Assembly (NCBI GenBank): GCA_964579205.1
Contig: CAZOFH010000003.1
Span: forward strand, 18,975-82,974
Origin: an uncultured Christensenella sp.
GTDB lineage: Bacteria; Bacillota; Clostridia; Christensenellales; UBA1242
Direction: 5' to 3'
DNA length: 64,000 bases
The translations under genes were made by a program, and so were the position numbers. Below, in pieces: positions 1 to 9,727 of this stretch (within the stretch, counting starts at the first letter, position 1; every line of letters starts with the position of its first letter). The notes beneath the pieces are model-generated. The model was given only the letters and a program-made list of their open reading frames with translations. It was not told the DNA's origin and made no database searches.

Positions 1-1
1 C

Positions 2-301
2 TATATCCCGAGTTTTCCGATTTTGCAGTCGGTCGATTTGATGATTCAGCAAAAAGCGGGCTTCGCGATTGGCGAAATCGACTGCATAAAGAGCCTGCAA
101 AATGCGACGCTACCGATATATTTTATCCACGGCGATGCCGATATTTTTGTCCCGTACTATATGCACGACCAACTTTTTGAGAGTTATCAGCACGAAAAAG
201 ATAAATTGGTCATACACCAGTCGACACACATTCACGGCAGCACGGTCGCTCCGACCGAGTATTGGACTGGGATAAAAAACTTTATCGCGACATACTTTTA
301 G
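2..301 (+). CDS. Alpha/beta hydrolase, C-terminal part (5'-truncated by window edge)
   Basis: Frame is open from position 2; LPIYFIHGDADIFVP acid-site motif and a downstream His typical of alpha/beta hydrolases. Confidence 0.75.
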   Translation, partial: YIPSFPILQSVDLMIQQKAGFAIGEIDCIKSLQNATLPIYFIHGDADIFVPYYMHDQLFESYQHEKDKLVIHQSTHIHGSTVAPTEYWTGIKNFIATYF

Positions 302-302
302 C

Positions 303-330
303 AAAAACTCACCTCTGTAGGTGGGTTTTT
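303..330 (+). terminator. Rho-independent terminator
   Basis: aaaactcacc-tctgta-ggtgggttttt hairpin plus T-run directly after the stop codon. Confidence 0.7.
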
Positions 331-355
331 ATTCAAATTTCGCCCAAAAACCCCA

Positions 356-384
356 TTGACAAAAGGCTCAAAGAATACTATAAT
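356..384 (+). promoter_or_regulatory. Consensus sigma-A promoter
   Basis: TTGACA (356-361), 17 bp spacer, TATAAT (379-384); AAGGAG RBS at 398-403 before ATG 413. Confidence 0.85.
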
Positions 385-412
385 TAACAAAACGCACAAG
401 GAGCACACAAAT

Positions 413-2680
413 ATGGCTACAAAACGCACCACAAAACCAATTAAAATCAGAATCGACAACCTGCGCGGCTCTTATTCTGGCGAAATCGCCGACGGACTCG
501 TGCGCGATCTGCCTGACGGTTACGGGACGGCGACGCTCGACGACGGTTTTACTCTCAAAGGGCGCTTTAAGCACGGCAATTTTGTCCAAGGCACAGCAGA
601 GAGCAGCAATATTTTTCTCAAGGGCGATTTTGACAACCTCACTTGGCTCGGCGGCGAAGACGGATACATCAAATTTAGCAATGGCGACACTCTCGAGGGC
701 GGCATCGACCCAATTTCCAAAGAACTGATTATCCGCCAACTGACCGCGACTCAAGAACCTTTTGGCGACACTGTCAAATTGTATCACCAAAAGACGGCAG
801 ACGGAAAATTTTATCTAGTCGGCGAACTGGGGATGCGCTGCGAGGGAAAGATATTCGGTACTTTCCGCGAACTTTCGCAAAACACTCGCGTGCCTACATA
901 TTTCGGCGTCCCAAAAATGAACTATATCTGCACGAACGGCGAATGCATAATCAATTTTAGCAGGAGCAACGGGCTTTTTTCTCAAATCGGTGGGCGCATT
1001 CGCACCGACCTCAATAACACCACGACTATCAATGGCGAGTTTAATTTTCGCAACGAGTCGCTGCAGACTTTCCTTACTATCAGGGGTCAATTTGGATTTG
1101 AGCGCGACCTCCAACAAGACAAGCAGTTTGATTTCAGCGAAAAATTCGTGACGCTGCATTTCCCAAACAGTCCAAAATTTCACACCACGCTCACACTCCA
1201 AGATGCGCCGAACACTATCATCTACGAGACACCGAACGGCAAATTTGTCGGGCAGAAAAAATTTATCGCATCAGAGAACCAGCCACCACAAAGTGACAAT
1301 TCTCAGAGCAACGACGCTCAGCAAGTCGTCTACGTCGGCACAATGACTAGTCGCGACCGCTGTATCGAACTGAATGGTACTTTTGACAGCACTCTTAGGT
1401 TTAAATGTGGTAAAATCCGCTACACCAAGGATGACGAAATCATCAATCTGACCAGCGAACAGATAAGCATTCAAGTGAAAAAGCCTCAGACTACCTGCTA
1501 TTCTAGCACGAACAGCATAGGCGAGTATCAAAATTCTATCATTCACCAAAAAGGCACAATGGCTGTAGAGTTTTCGCTGACTAGCGATTTTGATAACATT
1601 GTCAAATCTTGCTCTTTTGCATATCAGCCGATTTTGACACAAGGCGAAATCCAGCACACTTTGCCTGACGGCTCATATTTTGACGGGAAACTCACTTCGT
1701 CTGACCCCAAAACGCACAAGCACAACAATGCGTATGTTGGAGAATTTATCAAGACAGACAATGACGGCAACCTCGAATTCAGAAAAATGGGCATTTTTGA
1801 CAAAAATTATGTCCTAAAGTCGGGCAGTATTCATCAAAAAGATATTAACGACTCAAACAAGGACTTTGACGGGACCAAGGACGCGAGCGGCTACAATGGC
1901 ACGCTCACCGACCCGCGCGACGGCTCATACGAAAGCGGACTTTTTGACCGCGAACTCAATTTTTTGAGCGGTAAATTCAAAAAAATCTATGACAACTCGG
2001 CGATTTTTGAGGGCGAGACAACCGACCTAATCACAGCAAACGGCATTTTGTTCCGTAATGGCGATTTCATCCAAAAGGGCGACTTTATTATTGATTGGGG
2101 GTGTCCAGAAAATCCGACTTTTGAGCGAGGTAAACTTTTGGTTCGCTTTGATGACAAAGAGCAGACTTTTTGCGAGGGGATTTTTGACTGTGACGGCTTA
2201 GGGCTGACGACCAAGGATGACAAACCTCTATTTGCGGATGCCACCTATCTGCTGAATTTCAAAAATTCTAGTCATCCGAACGGAATGCCTCTCATTACTC
2301 GTGACATAACGGACGCATACACGCAGTTTTTGATGCTCACCCGATATCAGGATTTGGTTAATTGCAAACACCCAAAAGTTGCCGATGCCGCAAAATCTGC
2401 TGAGCAGACGAGCACAACCAGCCAAGCAAACACAACACCCCAACCTACAGTTGAACCACAACTACAAACAGAAATTACTGCTACCGAAAATAACAACAAT
2501 ACAGCAACAAACTCTGACGAAAACAAATCCGCCACCGCACACTATGACGACATTGTGCAAATCGCAGGGCAGACAATTCATACTCAAGATGCATCCACTC
2601 AACCATTCGACCAAAACTTGGCTAGCAATGTTATGTCAAAATTAATAAACCCAAACAAAGAGAATTCTCAAATAAAATAA
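413..2680 (+). CDS. Large hypothetical protein with degenerate MORN-like beta repeats and a T/Q/N-rich low-complexity C-tail
   Basis: Start placed at ATG 413 from promoter and RBS; repeated Y/F-x-G-x-F / xxxxDGxxxxG motifs (YSGEI, DDGFTLKGRF, FSNGDTLEG, LPDGSYFDG). Confidence 0.6.
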   Translation: MATKRTTKPIKIRIDNLRGSYSGEIADGLVRDLPDGYGTATLDDGFTLKGRFKHGNFVQGTAESSNIFLKGDFDNLTWLGGEDGYIKFSNGDTLEGGIDPISKELIIRQLTATQEPFGDTVKLYHQKTADGKFYLVGELGMRCEGKIFGTFRELSQNTRVPTYFGVPKMNYICTNGECIINFSRSNGLFSQIGGRIRTDLNNTTTINGEFNFRNESLQTFLTIRGQFGFERDLQQDKQFDFSEKFVTLHFPNSPKFHTTLTLQDAPNTIIYETPNGKFVGQKKFIASENQPPQSDNSQSNDAQQVVYVGTMTSRDRCIELNGTFDSTLRFKCGKIRYTKDDEIINLTSEQISIQVKKPQTTCYSSTNSIGEYQNSIIHQKGTMAVEFSLTSDFDNIVKSCSFAYQPILTQGEIQHTLPDGSYFDGKLTSSDPKTHKHNNAYVGEFIKTDNDGNLEFRKMGIFDKNYVLKSGSIHQKDINDSNKDFDGTKDASGYNGTLTDPRDGSYESGLFDRELNFLSGKFKKIYDNSAIFEGETTDLITANGILFRNGDFIQKGDFIIDWGCPENPTFERGKLLVRFDDKEQTFCEGIFDCDGLGLTTKDDKPLFADATYLLNFKNSSHPNGMPLITRDITDAYTQFLMLTRYQDLVNCKHPKVADAAKSAEQTSTTSQANTTPQPTVEPQLQTEITATENNNNTATNSDENKSATAHYDDIVQIAGQTIHTQDASTQPFDQNLASNVMSKLINPNKENSQIK

Positions 2681-2703
2681 TCCAAAAATATTATAATTTA
2701 TTC

Positions 2704-2734
2704 AACCAAATATCGCCAGATATTTGGTTTTTTT
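2704..2734 (+). terminator. Rho-independent terminator
   Basis: aaccaaatatc-gcca-gatatttggtt perfect 11-bp stem plus T-run. Confidence 0.85.
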
Positions 2735-2821
2735 GTATTAAATACAATTTTAATTGAATTATTTGCTATTTTTTATTTATTTTTGTGTTATTTAATTTAT
2801 ACTTTTTTTATTATTTTTACC

Positions 2822-2854
2822 AAAAAGAAAAGCCTGAGCGAAGATACTCAGGCT
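2822..2854 (-). terminator. Rho-independent terminator for the minus-strand operon
   Basis: agcctgag-cgaagata-ctcaggct stem preceded by an A-run on the + strand. Confidence 0.7.
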
Positions 2855-2970
2855 GCAAGAAATTCTTGCGATTTTTAAAGAAGAAAGGAATGTCTTACTA
2901 TGAAAAAAGTAAAAGAGAATACACGGTTTTTTAATTTATTTGGCGCAGAAACACGAAACTGCGCCGAATA

Positions 2971-4527
2971 TTAATTCTGCAACTCCAACTCAGTGTATCG
3001 CCAAAGCGCAGTACGATTGCGAGGGTCATTCGCAAACTTGCTAGGCTCGGTCGGCTTTTTGTTTTCATAAAGAACTACATTTTTTGGCAAACGCTCCGCC
3101 AAGCATAGATACATCGTAGTTTCGATACCCTGCTCGATACTCTTGCCGCGTTTTTTGACAAACTTTGCAAAGAATGCTTTTAGCCCGCGAGCGTTTTTGG
3201 TTCTCAGGTCAGTCGAAACAGTCCCCGGATTTACACAATAAGCGTGCAAATCGTCGCGGTCAGAATACTTGTGGTCATACTCCAGTGCAAACATCAAATC
3301 CGCCAACTTGGTCTGATTGTACACATCGTCATTAGATTTTGTCGTCAGCGAGCGCACATTACGCCAATCAATCTTCGTCTTGCTCGCCTCGTTGTTGGTA
3401 ATAGTTATCACGCGCGCATCAAGACTAGCGTCGAGGAGTGGCTGCAACTTTTTGGTCAGCAAAAACGCAGACAAATAGTTCGTCGCCCACATTAATTCGT
3501 GATTTTCGTAGGTAATTTTGTGAATATTCGTCTGAATACCAGCATTGTGTATCAACACATCCACACGGTCCTGCCCGATTTCGTACAGTTTTTGCTTTAT
3601 CTCGTCCGCAAGAATGCGCACCTGTCCCATCAGGCTCAAATCTGCAACAAAGAAATACAGATTTGCCTCAGGACACTCCGCCAAAATCTCATTGCGAGCA
3701 TCCCGACAAGCGCTCGGACGGCGCCCCACTGCAAAGACTACTTGCCCCAATTTGCTCAAATTCTTTGCCATAGCCAGCCCCAGCCCGCTAGTCGCACCTG
3801 TGACGACGATGACTTTTTGCTTGGTCGCGTGCTTAGTCTTGACTAAAGGCTGAGTCGATTTTTCACCAAAAGGCACTTCTGGCTGGTGAGGGCGAGATAC
3901 ATTCAGCCCCTGCTCAGTCATCACAGGTTCAAACACCTCATTGTACTGGCTCACCTGTTCATCATATGTCAAAATCGGCTCTTCCTTGAGATGCTTGGCA
4001 GGAATTATTATCGATTTTTGCGCGATTTTCGGCACAGTTACATCACGAATACTGCGCTTCTCGAGCGGCTCAATCGCATCGATATTATCCAAAATATCAT
4101 CTGCAACCAACTCATCGTCATACGCTCTGGTATTCGGCAACTCCTCATCCACCGAAAACAACTCATCGACCTCGTCAAAATCCGTGTCGTCGACAGTCGT
4201 CACAAACTCATCGTCATCGACAATCTCGGTCACGCGCGGAGTAGATTGATTTTTTATGTCCGCAAGTTGCGAAATCACCTCATCTGCCCCACCATTTTCC
4301 GCAAAATTTTCCTCTTTGCGTGGACGACCGCGGTTGCGTTTTGGCTTGTTCTCCAAAAAACTCTCATCCACCTCTTTACGAGGGCGCCCACGAGGACGCT
4401 TCTCCTTGATAGTTTCTATTTCGCCGCCTTCTTTGCGCGGACGACCGCGAGGACGCTTTTCTTGAGTCTCGCTGGTAGCGGGATACTTGCGAGGTCGCCC
4501 CCTACCCTTTTTCTTTTCTTCTTCCAT
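2971..4527 (-). CDS. SDR-family oxidoreductase with four N-terminal AT-hook motifs and an acidic linker
   Basis: TGATSGLG (TGxxxGxG), NAG and YNQTK (YxxxK) SDR motifs; RGRPRK x4 in the first ~72 aa. Confidence 0.85.
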   Translation of the reverse strand: MEEEKKKGRGRPRKYPATSETQEKRPRGRPRKEGGEIETIKEKRPRGRPRKEVDESFLENKPKRNRGRPRKEENFAENGGADEVISQLADIKNQSTPRVTEIVDDDEFVTTVDDTDFDEVDELFSVDEELPNTRAYDDELVADDILDNIDAIEPLEKRSIRDVTVPKIAQKSIIIPAKHLKEEPILTYDEQVSQYNEVFEPVMTEQGLNVSRPHQPEVPFGEKSTQPLVKTKHATKQKVIVVTGATSGLGLAMAKNLSKLGQVVFAVGRRPSACRDARNEILAECPEANLYFFVADLSLMGQVRILADEIKQKLYEIGQDRVDVLIHNAGIQTNIHKITYENHELMWATNYLSAFLLTKKLQPLLDASLDARVITITNNEASKTKIDWRNVRSLTTKSNDDVYNQTKLADLMFALEYDHKYSDRDDLHAYCVNPGTVSTDLRTKNARGLKAFFAKFVKKRGKSIEQGIETTMYLCLAERLPKNVVLYENKKPTEPSKFANDPRNRTALWRYTELELQN

Positions 4528-4546
4528 AATTTCCCCTATTTATTTT

Positions 4547-6898
4547 TTAACTACCTGATGTAGTACTATCTGGTAATCCATTTAGTAGGTTAATAGCATC
4601 TTGTACTGTCATCGCTTTGACTGATTCTTTTAACCCAGTATCTTCGACCAAACCAGCATCTATCAATTTTTGAATTGTCAAATGCTCAGTATCTACATTC
4701 ATCGAACTAATAGTCCCGAGCGTAAGGTCATCATAATTGCTTATCAAGTTTAGCACAAGAGGCTTTGTAGAGCCAACCACAACGCTCAACTTGATGTCGT
4801 TAATATTGGCAAACACATTATTAATCAGCATCCCACCTTGCCCCTCAGGGTCGTCAATGGTCATATTGTACAATTCCTTAAGAACGGGCGTCATAGTTTC
4901 AGAGTATTCACCGAATACATCCTTGAGTGTAAGCGCATCCATTACCTCCTGAATTGCGGCACTTGGGTTCGCAGTGGTCGTACTATTTCCCAAAAGCGCC
5001 GACATCTCAATAGCAGCCATCTTCTTGAGCACGCCACTCACAGCAGCACTTTCGGTATTAATCTCCAAAAAGTCACCCAAAGTCACCGCGCCAGTACTGC
5101 TATTAGTCAGTGCATCTTTTATCGAATCAATAGCATTTGCTCCCATAAGGTCGCCCAGTTGCACGTTAGCCAAATATTTAACAAATCCCGTCGTTTCAGC
5201 AGTCAAGCCCATAATACTGCCCAAAGTCTTGGCACTGATTGCGTTGGTAATCGCCGTACTACCATTAGTAAACAAATCACCCACCGTAATGTCCATCACG
5301 GTCGTAATAATTTCGTTTGCCCCAGCAGGAGCGGCACCCAACAAATCTGCAAGAGTCTTGGTCGATGCCTCCAACTTATCGTTGATTGCATCAGCAGGAT
5401 TGTTGAGCAAATCTTGGATAGTCACATCTTTGATTATGTCAAAAATCCCACCAGCACTGCCGCCGACTAATTCACCCAAAGTGCCAAAATTATTGAGCAA
5501 TGTGTCGACAGCATTATCACTCTCCACTATATCATCGATTGTGAGCCCTGCAAGTTTTGCAATCGGAGTCACAAGGTCAGCCCCACCCAACAAAACTTGG
5601 ATATTCGCATCATTGATTATTGTCGCATAACTAGACGCCTTTGCGTCCGCAATCAGCGCCACATATCCACCATAACTAGCGCAGTCAATCTGACTCCCTG
5701 TCGCGGTCTCGAATGTAATATCAGAGTATGTCAAAGAATTCAAAAATTCAACAATCGTTTGCTCGCCAGCATTAGAATATGCGCTAGTAATTTTCGCTAC
5801 ATCGGTAGCATTGAATATTTGATTAATCTTGAGCCCTAGAATGGTCTCTTTTAGTTTTGAAAGTTTGAGAGTTTTACTCAAACTACTATATTGAGGCTTT
5901 GCAAAATAAGCATCTTGGGTAGCGGTATCACCAGCGACCACGGTACTCAATTCCACAAATTCGCCGAGTTGCAAACTCGTGATATAAGTCCCCAAATCTT
6001 TGACTTTTGTCGCCTTGAATTCGTCTGTATTCAAAAAGTCATACGCACTCAAATCCACCAAACTCAGCAAAATTTCGCCAGTGATTTTGTCAGAAATTGT
6101 ATCAGTCGTAATTTCGCTAATTTTTATCGTACGCAATTCAGCATAAATGTCAGTTTCGCCCGCAGCAGGTTCTGGCAACAAATCTGAGCCGAGAGCATCC
6201 AGCGCCATTTGCACCGTCATCGTGTCTTGGCTAAAATATGCAGGCACGCGGTCGAGAGCCTGATTGAGAGTCAACTCGCTCAGCGTCTTCATCTCGGGCG
6301 CGCTCTCTGTGCCGACATTATAAAATTTGTCTTTTAGCGCAGGGTAGCCCAAGTCGTCGAGTATCGTCGTGCCGACAGTCTCGGTAATCTGCCCCACTGT
6401 CACGTGGTCATAAAGTTTTGGCAACACAGCCTCGACAAACTCCGTCAAATTGTTGACAATGTCTTGGATACGGAATTCCTTCACTTTTTTGGTTTCACCC
6501 AAGAAAGTGATTTGCTCCTCGTATGTCGCGCTCAAGTCAATTTTTGTCCCCGGAATAGAGTCAGGCAACTCCACCTTAAATTCGGTATTTAAAGTATCGA
6601 GCGAAACATTGACCAGTTTGTCAGTTTTCGCCAACAAGTCTTTGAGCGCCATATTCTTGATATCGCCCTCGACAGGTATGGTCACACCAAACATACTCTC
6701 GACCTTTTGGATGCTCATATTGTAGTAAAGGTACAACCCAGCACCAACCACAACGACCAGCATCAACACAAAAGCAAAGATAAAGCCCAAAAGAAATGTG
6801 CCGCAACCGCCGCGTTTTTTCACTTTTACATTGACCGATGATGGGACGACAGCGCCGTTATCATCGACAAGTTCTTGCTTATCTTTTTTTGACATCAA
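4547..6898 (-). CDS. Membrane-anchored hypothetical protein with short helical repeats
   Basis: 783-aa ORF with one N-terminal TM segment (FLLGFIFAFVLMLVVVVGAGLYLYY) and recurring T(I/L/V)xD(L/I) motifs. Confidence 0.7.
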   Translation of the reverse strand: MMSKKDKQELVDDNGAVVPSSVNVKVKKRGGCGTFLLGFIFAFVLMLVVVVGAGLYLYYNMSIQKVESMFGVTIPVEGDIKNMALKDLLAKTDKLVNVSLDTLNTEFKVELPDSIPGTKIDLSATYEEQITFLGETKKVKEFRIQDIVNNLTEFVEAVLPKLYDHVTVGQITETVGTTILDDLGYPALKDKFYNVGTESAPEMKTLSELTLNQALDRVPAYFSQDTMTVQMALDALGSDLLPEPAAGETDIYAELRTIKISEITTDTISDKITGEILLSLVDLSAYDFLNTDEFKATKVKDLGTYITSLQLGEFVELSTVVAGDTATQDAYFAKPQYSSLSKTLKLSKLKETILGLKINQIFNATDVAKITSAYSNAGEQTIVEFLNSLTYSDITFETATGSQIDCASYGGYVALIADAKASSYATIINDANIQVLLGGADLVTPIAKLAGLTIDDIVESDNAVDTLLNNFGTLGELVGGSAGGIFDIIKDVTIQDLLNNPADAINDKLEASTKTLADLLGAAPAGANEIITTVMDITVGDLFTNGSTAITNAISAKTLGSIMGLTAETTGFVKYLANVQLGDLMGANAIDSIKDALTNSSTGAVTLGDFLEINTESAAVSGVLKKMAAIEMSALLGNSTTTANPSAAIQEVMDALTLKDVFGEYSETMTPVLKELYNMTIDDPEGQGGMLINNVFANINDIKLSVVVGSTKPLVLNLISNYDDLTLGTISSMNVDTEHLTIQKLIDAGLVEDTGLKESVKAMTVQDAINLLNGLPDSTTSGS

Positions 6899-7139
6899 TA
6901 CCTCACAAAAATTTTATATAATTATTATATCTTATTTAGTCGCAAAAAATCAACTAATTAAAATTATTTTTTCATATTTTTTTCTTATTTTTTGCAAATT
7001 ATTAATAATTAGTCAAAAAAATACCCAAAAAATCAAAATAAATTCGTAAAAAATATTTTATTCTACCCAAAACACGGCTGCCGACGACGCAAAAATTGCG
7101 ATTTTTTTGCCCATCGAGCCACAAAAACAATTAGCGCAA

Positions 7140-9662
7140 TCACAACTCAAACCAAGAATATCCGTCCTCGACATCGACTACCAAAGGCACGCGCAATTCG
7201 ATGACATTCTCCATCACATCCTTGAGAATTGTGCGGACAGTCGCCACCTCATTTTCGGGCGTATCTATTATCAATTCGTCGTGAATTTGCAGCACCATTT
7301 TTGCTTTTAGACCGCGCTTTTTGATTTCTCTGTCCACCCCGAGCATTGCCAATTTGATGATATCACTCGCCGAACCTTGGAGCGGCATATTCATCGCAGC
7401 GCGCTCGATAAAACGCGCGACCTTGCCACTTGCGCCGCTATCAAAATTACGAATTCGCCCGAGTAGAGTGGTCACCTTGCCCGTGCGCCGATACTGCTCA
7501 ATGCTGCTATCCATAAAATTTTTAATCGTAGGATAGGTCTCAAAATATCTGTCAATGTACTGCTTCGCTTCGTACGGCGAAATGCCGATATTGCTAGCCA
7601 AACCGTACGACGAAATACCATAAATAATGCCGAAATTCACCGCTTTGGCACGGCGGCGCATTTGGTCGGTCACCATCTCTAGCGGCACTCCAAAAATCTG
7701 ACTCGCGGTAATTGCGTGAATATCACGCCCATCGCGATAAGCCTGTATCAGCACCTCATCTTGAGAATAATGCGCCAACAGCCTCAATTCGATTTGGCTA
7801 TAATCAGCACTCACCAGCCGACACCCCTTGCTCGCCACAAACATTTTGCGCAATTCGCGTCCCTCTTCCGTCCGCACAGGGATATTCTGCAGATTCGGCT
7901 CATTACTACTCAGACGCCCAGTCACCGTCACAGTCTGATTGAACTGCGTATGGATTTTGCCGTCAGCGCGAATATAATTATGCATACTCTCAATGTACGT
8001 GCTATACAATTTTGACGTTGTGCGATATCGCAACACCACATCGATAATCGGATGCGTCCCGCGTAACGCCTCCAAAATCTCCACGCTCGTCGATTTTTTC
8101 TTGTTGCGCGCCGAATTCAAGTGCAAAATATCAAACAATACGTGCCCCAGCTGCTTTGGGCTATTGACATTAAACTCGCATCCCGCCAAATCACAAATTT
8201 TCCGCCTCAAATCCTCAATCTCGCTGCGATATTTGGGCTCCAAATCCGCCATAATCCGCGTATCAATCGTAATACCATTAGTCTCCATTTCGTACAAAAT
8301 ACGCACGAGCGGCAATTCCAAATCAAAGTAAAGTTTCTCTAGCCCCTTTTGCCCCAACTCACTCTCCGATTTATCCCACGCGCGTATGCCCATCGCCGCG
8401 TAATTCTCGTGTGGCAAGCCGAAAAAATCCAACATATGCGTCGGGTCATCCACCTTGATATTACTATTAATGAGATACGCTGCGAGCGGCACATCAAAAG
8501 CCTGCCCACGCAACTCAATCCCCAGCGCCTCACATTCTCGATACAAATCTTTTAGCGAATACGCAAAAATAGTGACATCGTCGCGAGTCAAAAACTCACG
8601 CAATTCACTCAAAATCATCGCTTTGTTCACGCCAATTAGGTCGATAGAATAATTTTTATCACGCGAAAAAGCAAACTCAAAAACATTATCATTACTAAAT
8701 AACGAAAGCATCTGGCTAGAGCGATTTTGCTCCACAATTTCGCGAATTTGCGTCAGATTGACCACATTTGCTTCGCAAACTATCTCCTCTGCAGGCTCCT
8801 CTGGCTGTCCAAAAAGTTCTTCGCGGCGCGTAATGCTCCTAAATTCGTAACGATTACAAAAATCATAAACCGCATCCCCCCAAGGGAATTGCGTGCGCAA
8901 ATCCTGCAACTCAAATTCAATCGGCACATCGCATTTTATCGTCGCCAAGCGATAACTGAGCAGGCAAATATCCTTATTTTGCTCTAGTTTTTCTCGCAGA
9001 CGACCAGTAATTTTATCCAAATTTTCATAAATGCGGGTCACAAAATGATAATTTTTGAGCAGATTTAATGCAGTTTTTTCACCAACGCCCGGCACCCCAG
9101 GGATATTATCCGAAGCGTCGCCCATCAGTGCTTTTAGGTCGATAATTTGGCACGGAACCAGCCCCCATTCCTCGGTAAAAGTCTGCCTATTCATCACAGA
9201 AATTTCGCTGATTCCCTTTTTCGTCAGCCAAACCTCAGTATTTTTGTTGATGAGTTGCAGCGCATCTCGATCCCCAGTTACGATAATATTCTGCACCGAG
9301 GGAAATTTGCGCGAGAGCGAGCCGATGAGGTCGTCCGCCTCGACACCCTTTCGCTCAATCATTGCTATCCCCATAGTCTGGAGCATTTCTTTGAGAATAG
9401 GCATCTGCCTAGCCAAATCGTCAGGCATCCCTTTTCGCGTAGCTTTGTACTCGGCATACATATCGTTACGAAAAGTGTGCCGCCCCGCATCAAAAGCCAC
9501 ACAAATATATTCGGGCAGATTATTCATCATCAAACGCGCCAAAATATTCGCCACGCCGTAGACCGCATTACAATTAATCCCATCCGAATTGTACAGCGGC
9601 GGCATCGCATAAAACGCACGATTTACCAGACTGTTGCCGTCAATAATTACCAATTTTTCCAT
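7140..9662 (-). CDS. polA: DNA polymerase I
   Basis: IIDGNSLVNRAFYA 5'-3' exonuclease start; GRLSSNEPNLQNIP, ADYSQIELR, RRRAKAVNFGIIYG and QIHDEL family-A motifs. Confidence 0.98.
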   Translation of the reverse strand: MEKLVIIDGNSLVNRAFYAMPPLYNSDGINCNAVYGVANILARLMMNNLPEYICVAFDAGRHTFRNDMYAEYKATRKGMPDDLARQMPILKEMLQTMGIAMIERKGVEADDLIGSLSRKFPSVQNIIVTGDRDALQLINKNTEVWLTKKGISEISVMNRQTFTEEWGLVPCQIIDLKALMGDASDNIPGVPGVGEKTALNLLKNYHFVTRIYENLDKITGRLREKLEQNKDICLLSYRLATIKCDVPIEFELQDLRTQFPWGDAVYDFCNRYEFRSITRREELFGQPEEPAEEIVCEANVVNLTQIREIVEQNRSSQMLSLFSNDNVFEFAFSRDKNYSIDLIGVNKAMILSELREFLTRDDVTIFAYSLKDLYRECEALGIELRGQAFDVPLAAYLINSNIKVDDPTHMLDFFGLPHENYAAMGIRAWDKSESELGQKGLEKLYFDLELPLVRILYEMETNGITIDTRIMADLEPKYRSEIEDLRRKICDLAGCEFNVNSPKQLGHVLFDILHLNSARNKKKSTSVEILEALRGTHPIIDVVLRYRTTSKLYSTYIESMHNYIRADGKIHTQFNQTVTVTGRLSSNEPNLQNIPVRTEEGRELRKMFVASKGCRLVSADYSQIELRLLAHYSQDEVLIQAYRDGRDIHAITASQIFGVPLEMVTDQMRRRAKAVNFGIIYGISSYGLASNIGISPYEAKQYIDRYFETYPTIKNFMDSSIEQYRRTGKVTTLLGRIRNFDSGASGKVARFIERAAMNMPLQGSASDIIKLAMLGVDREIKKRGLKAKMVLQIHDELIIDTPENEVATVRTILKDVMENVIELRVPLVVDVEDGYSWFEL

Positions 9663-9727
9663 AATTTCGCCCTATCCCATCATCTAAATGAGCCTTTTAT
9701 CACAATTTATCAATCAATTTAATTTGT

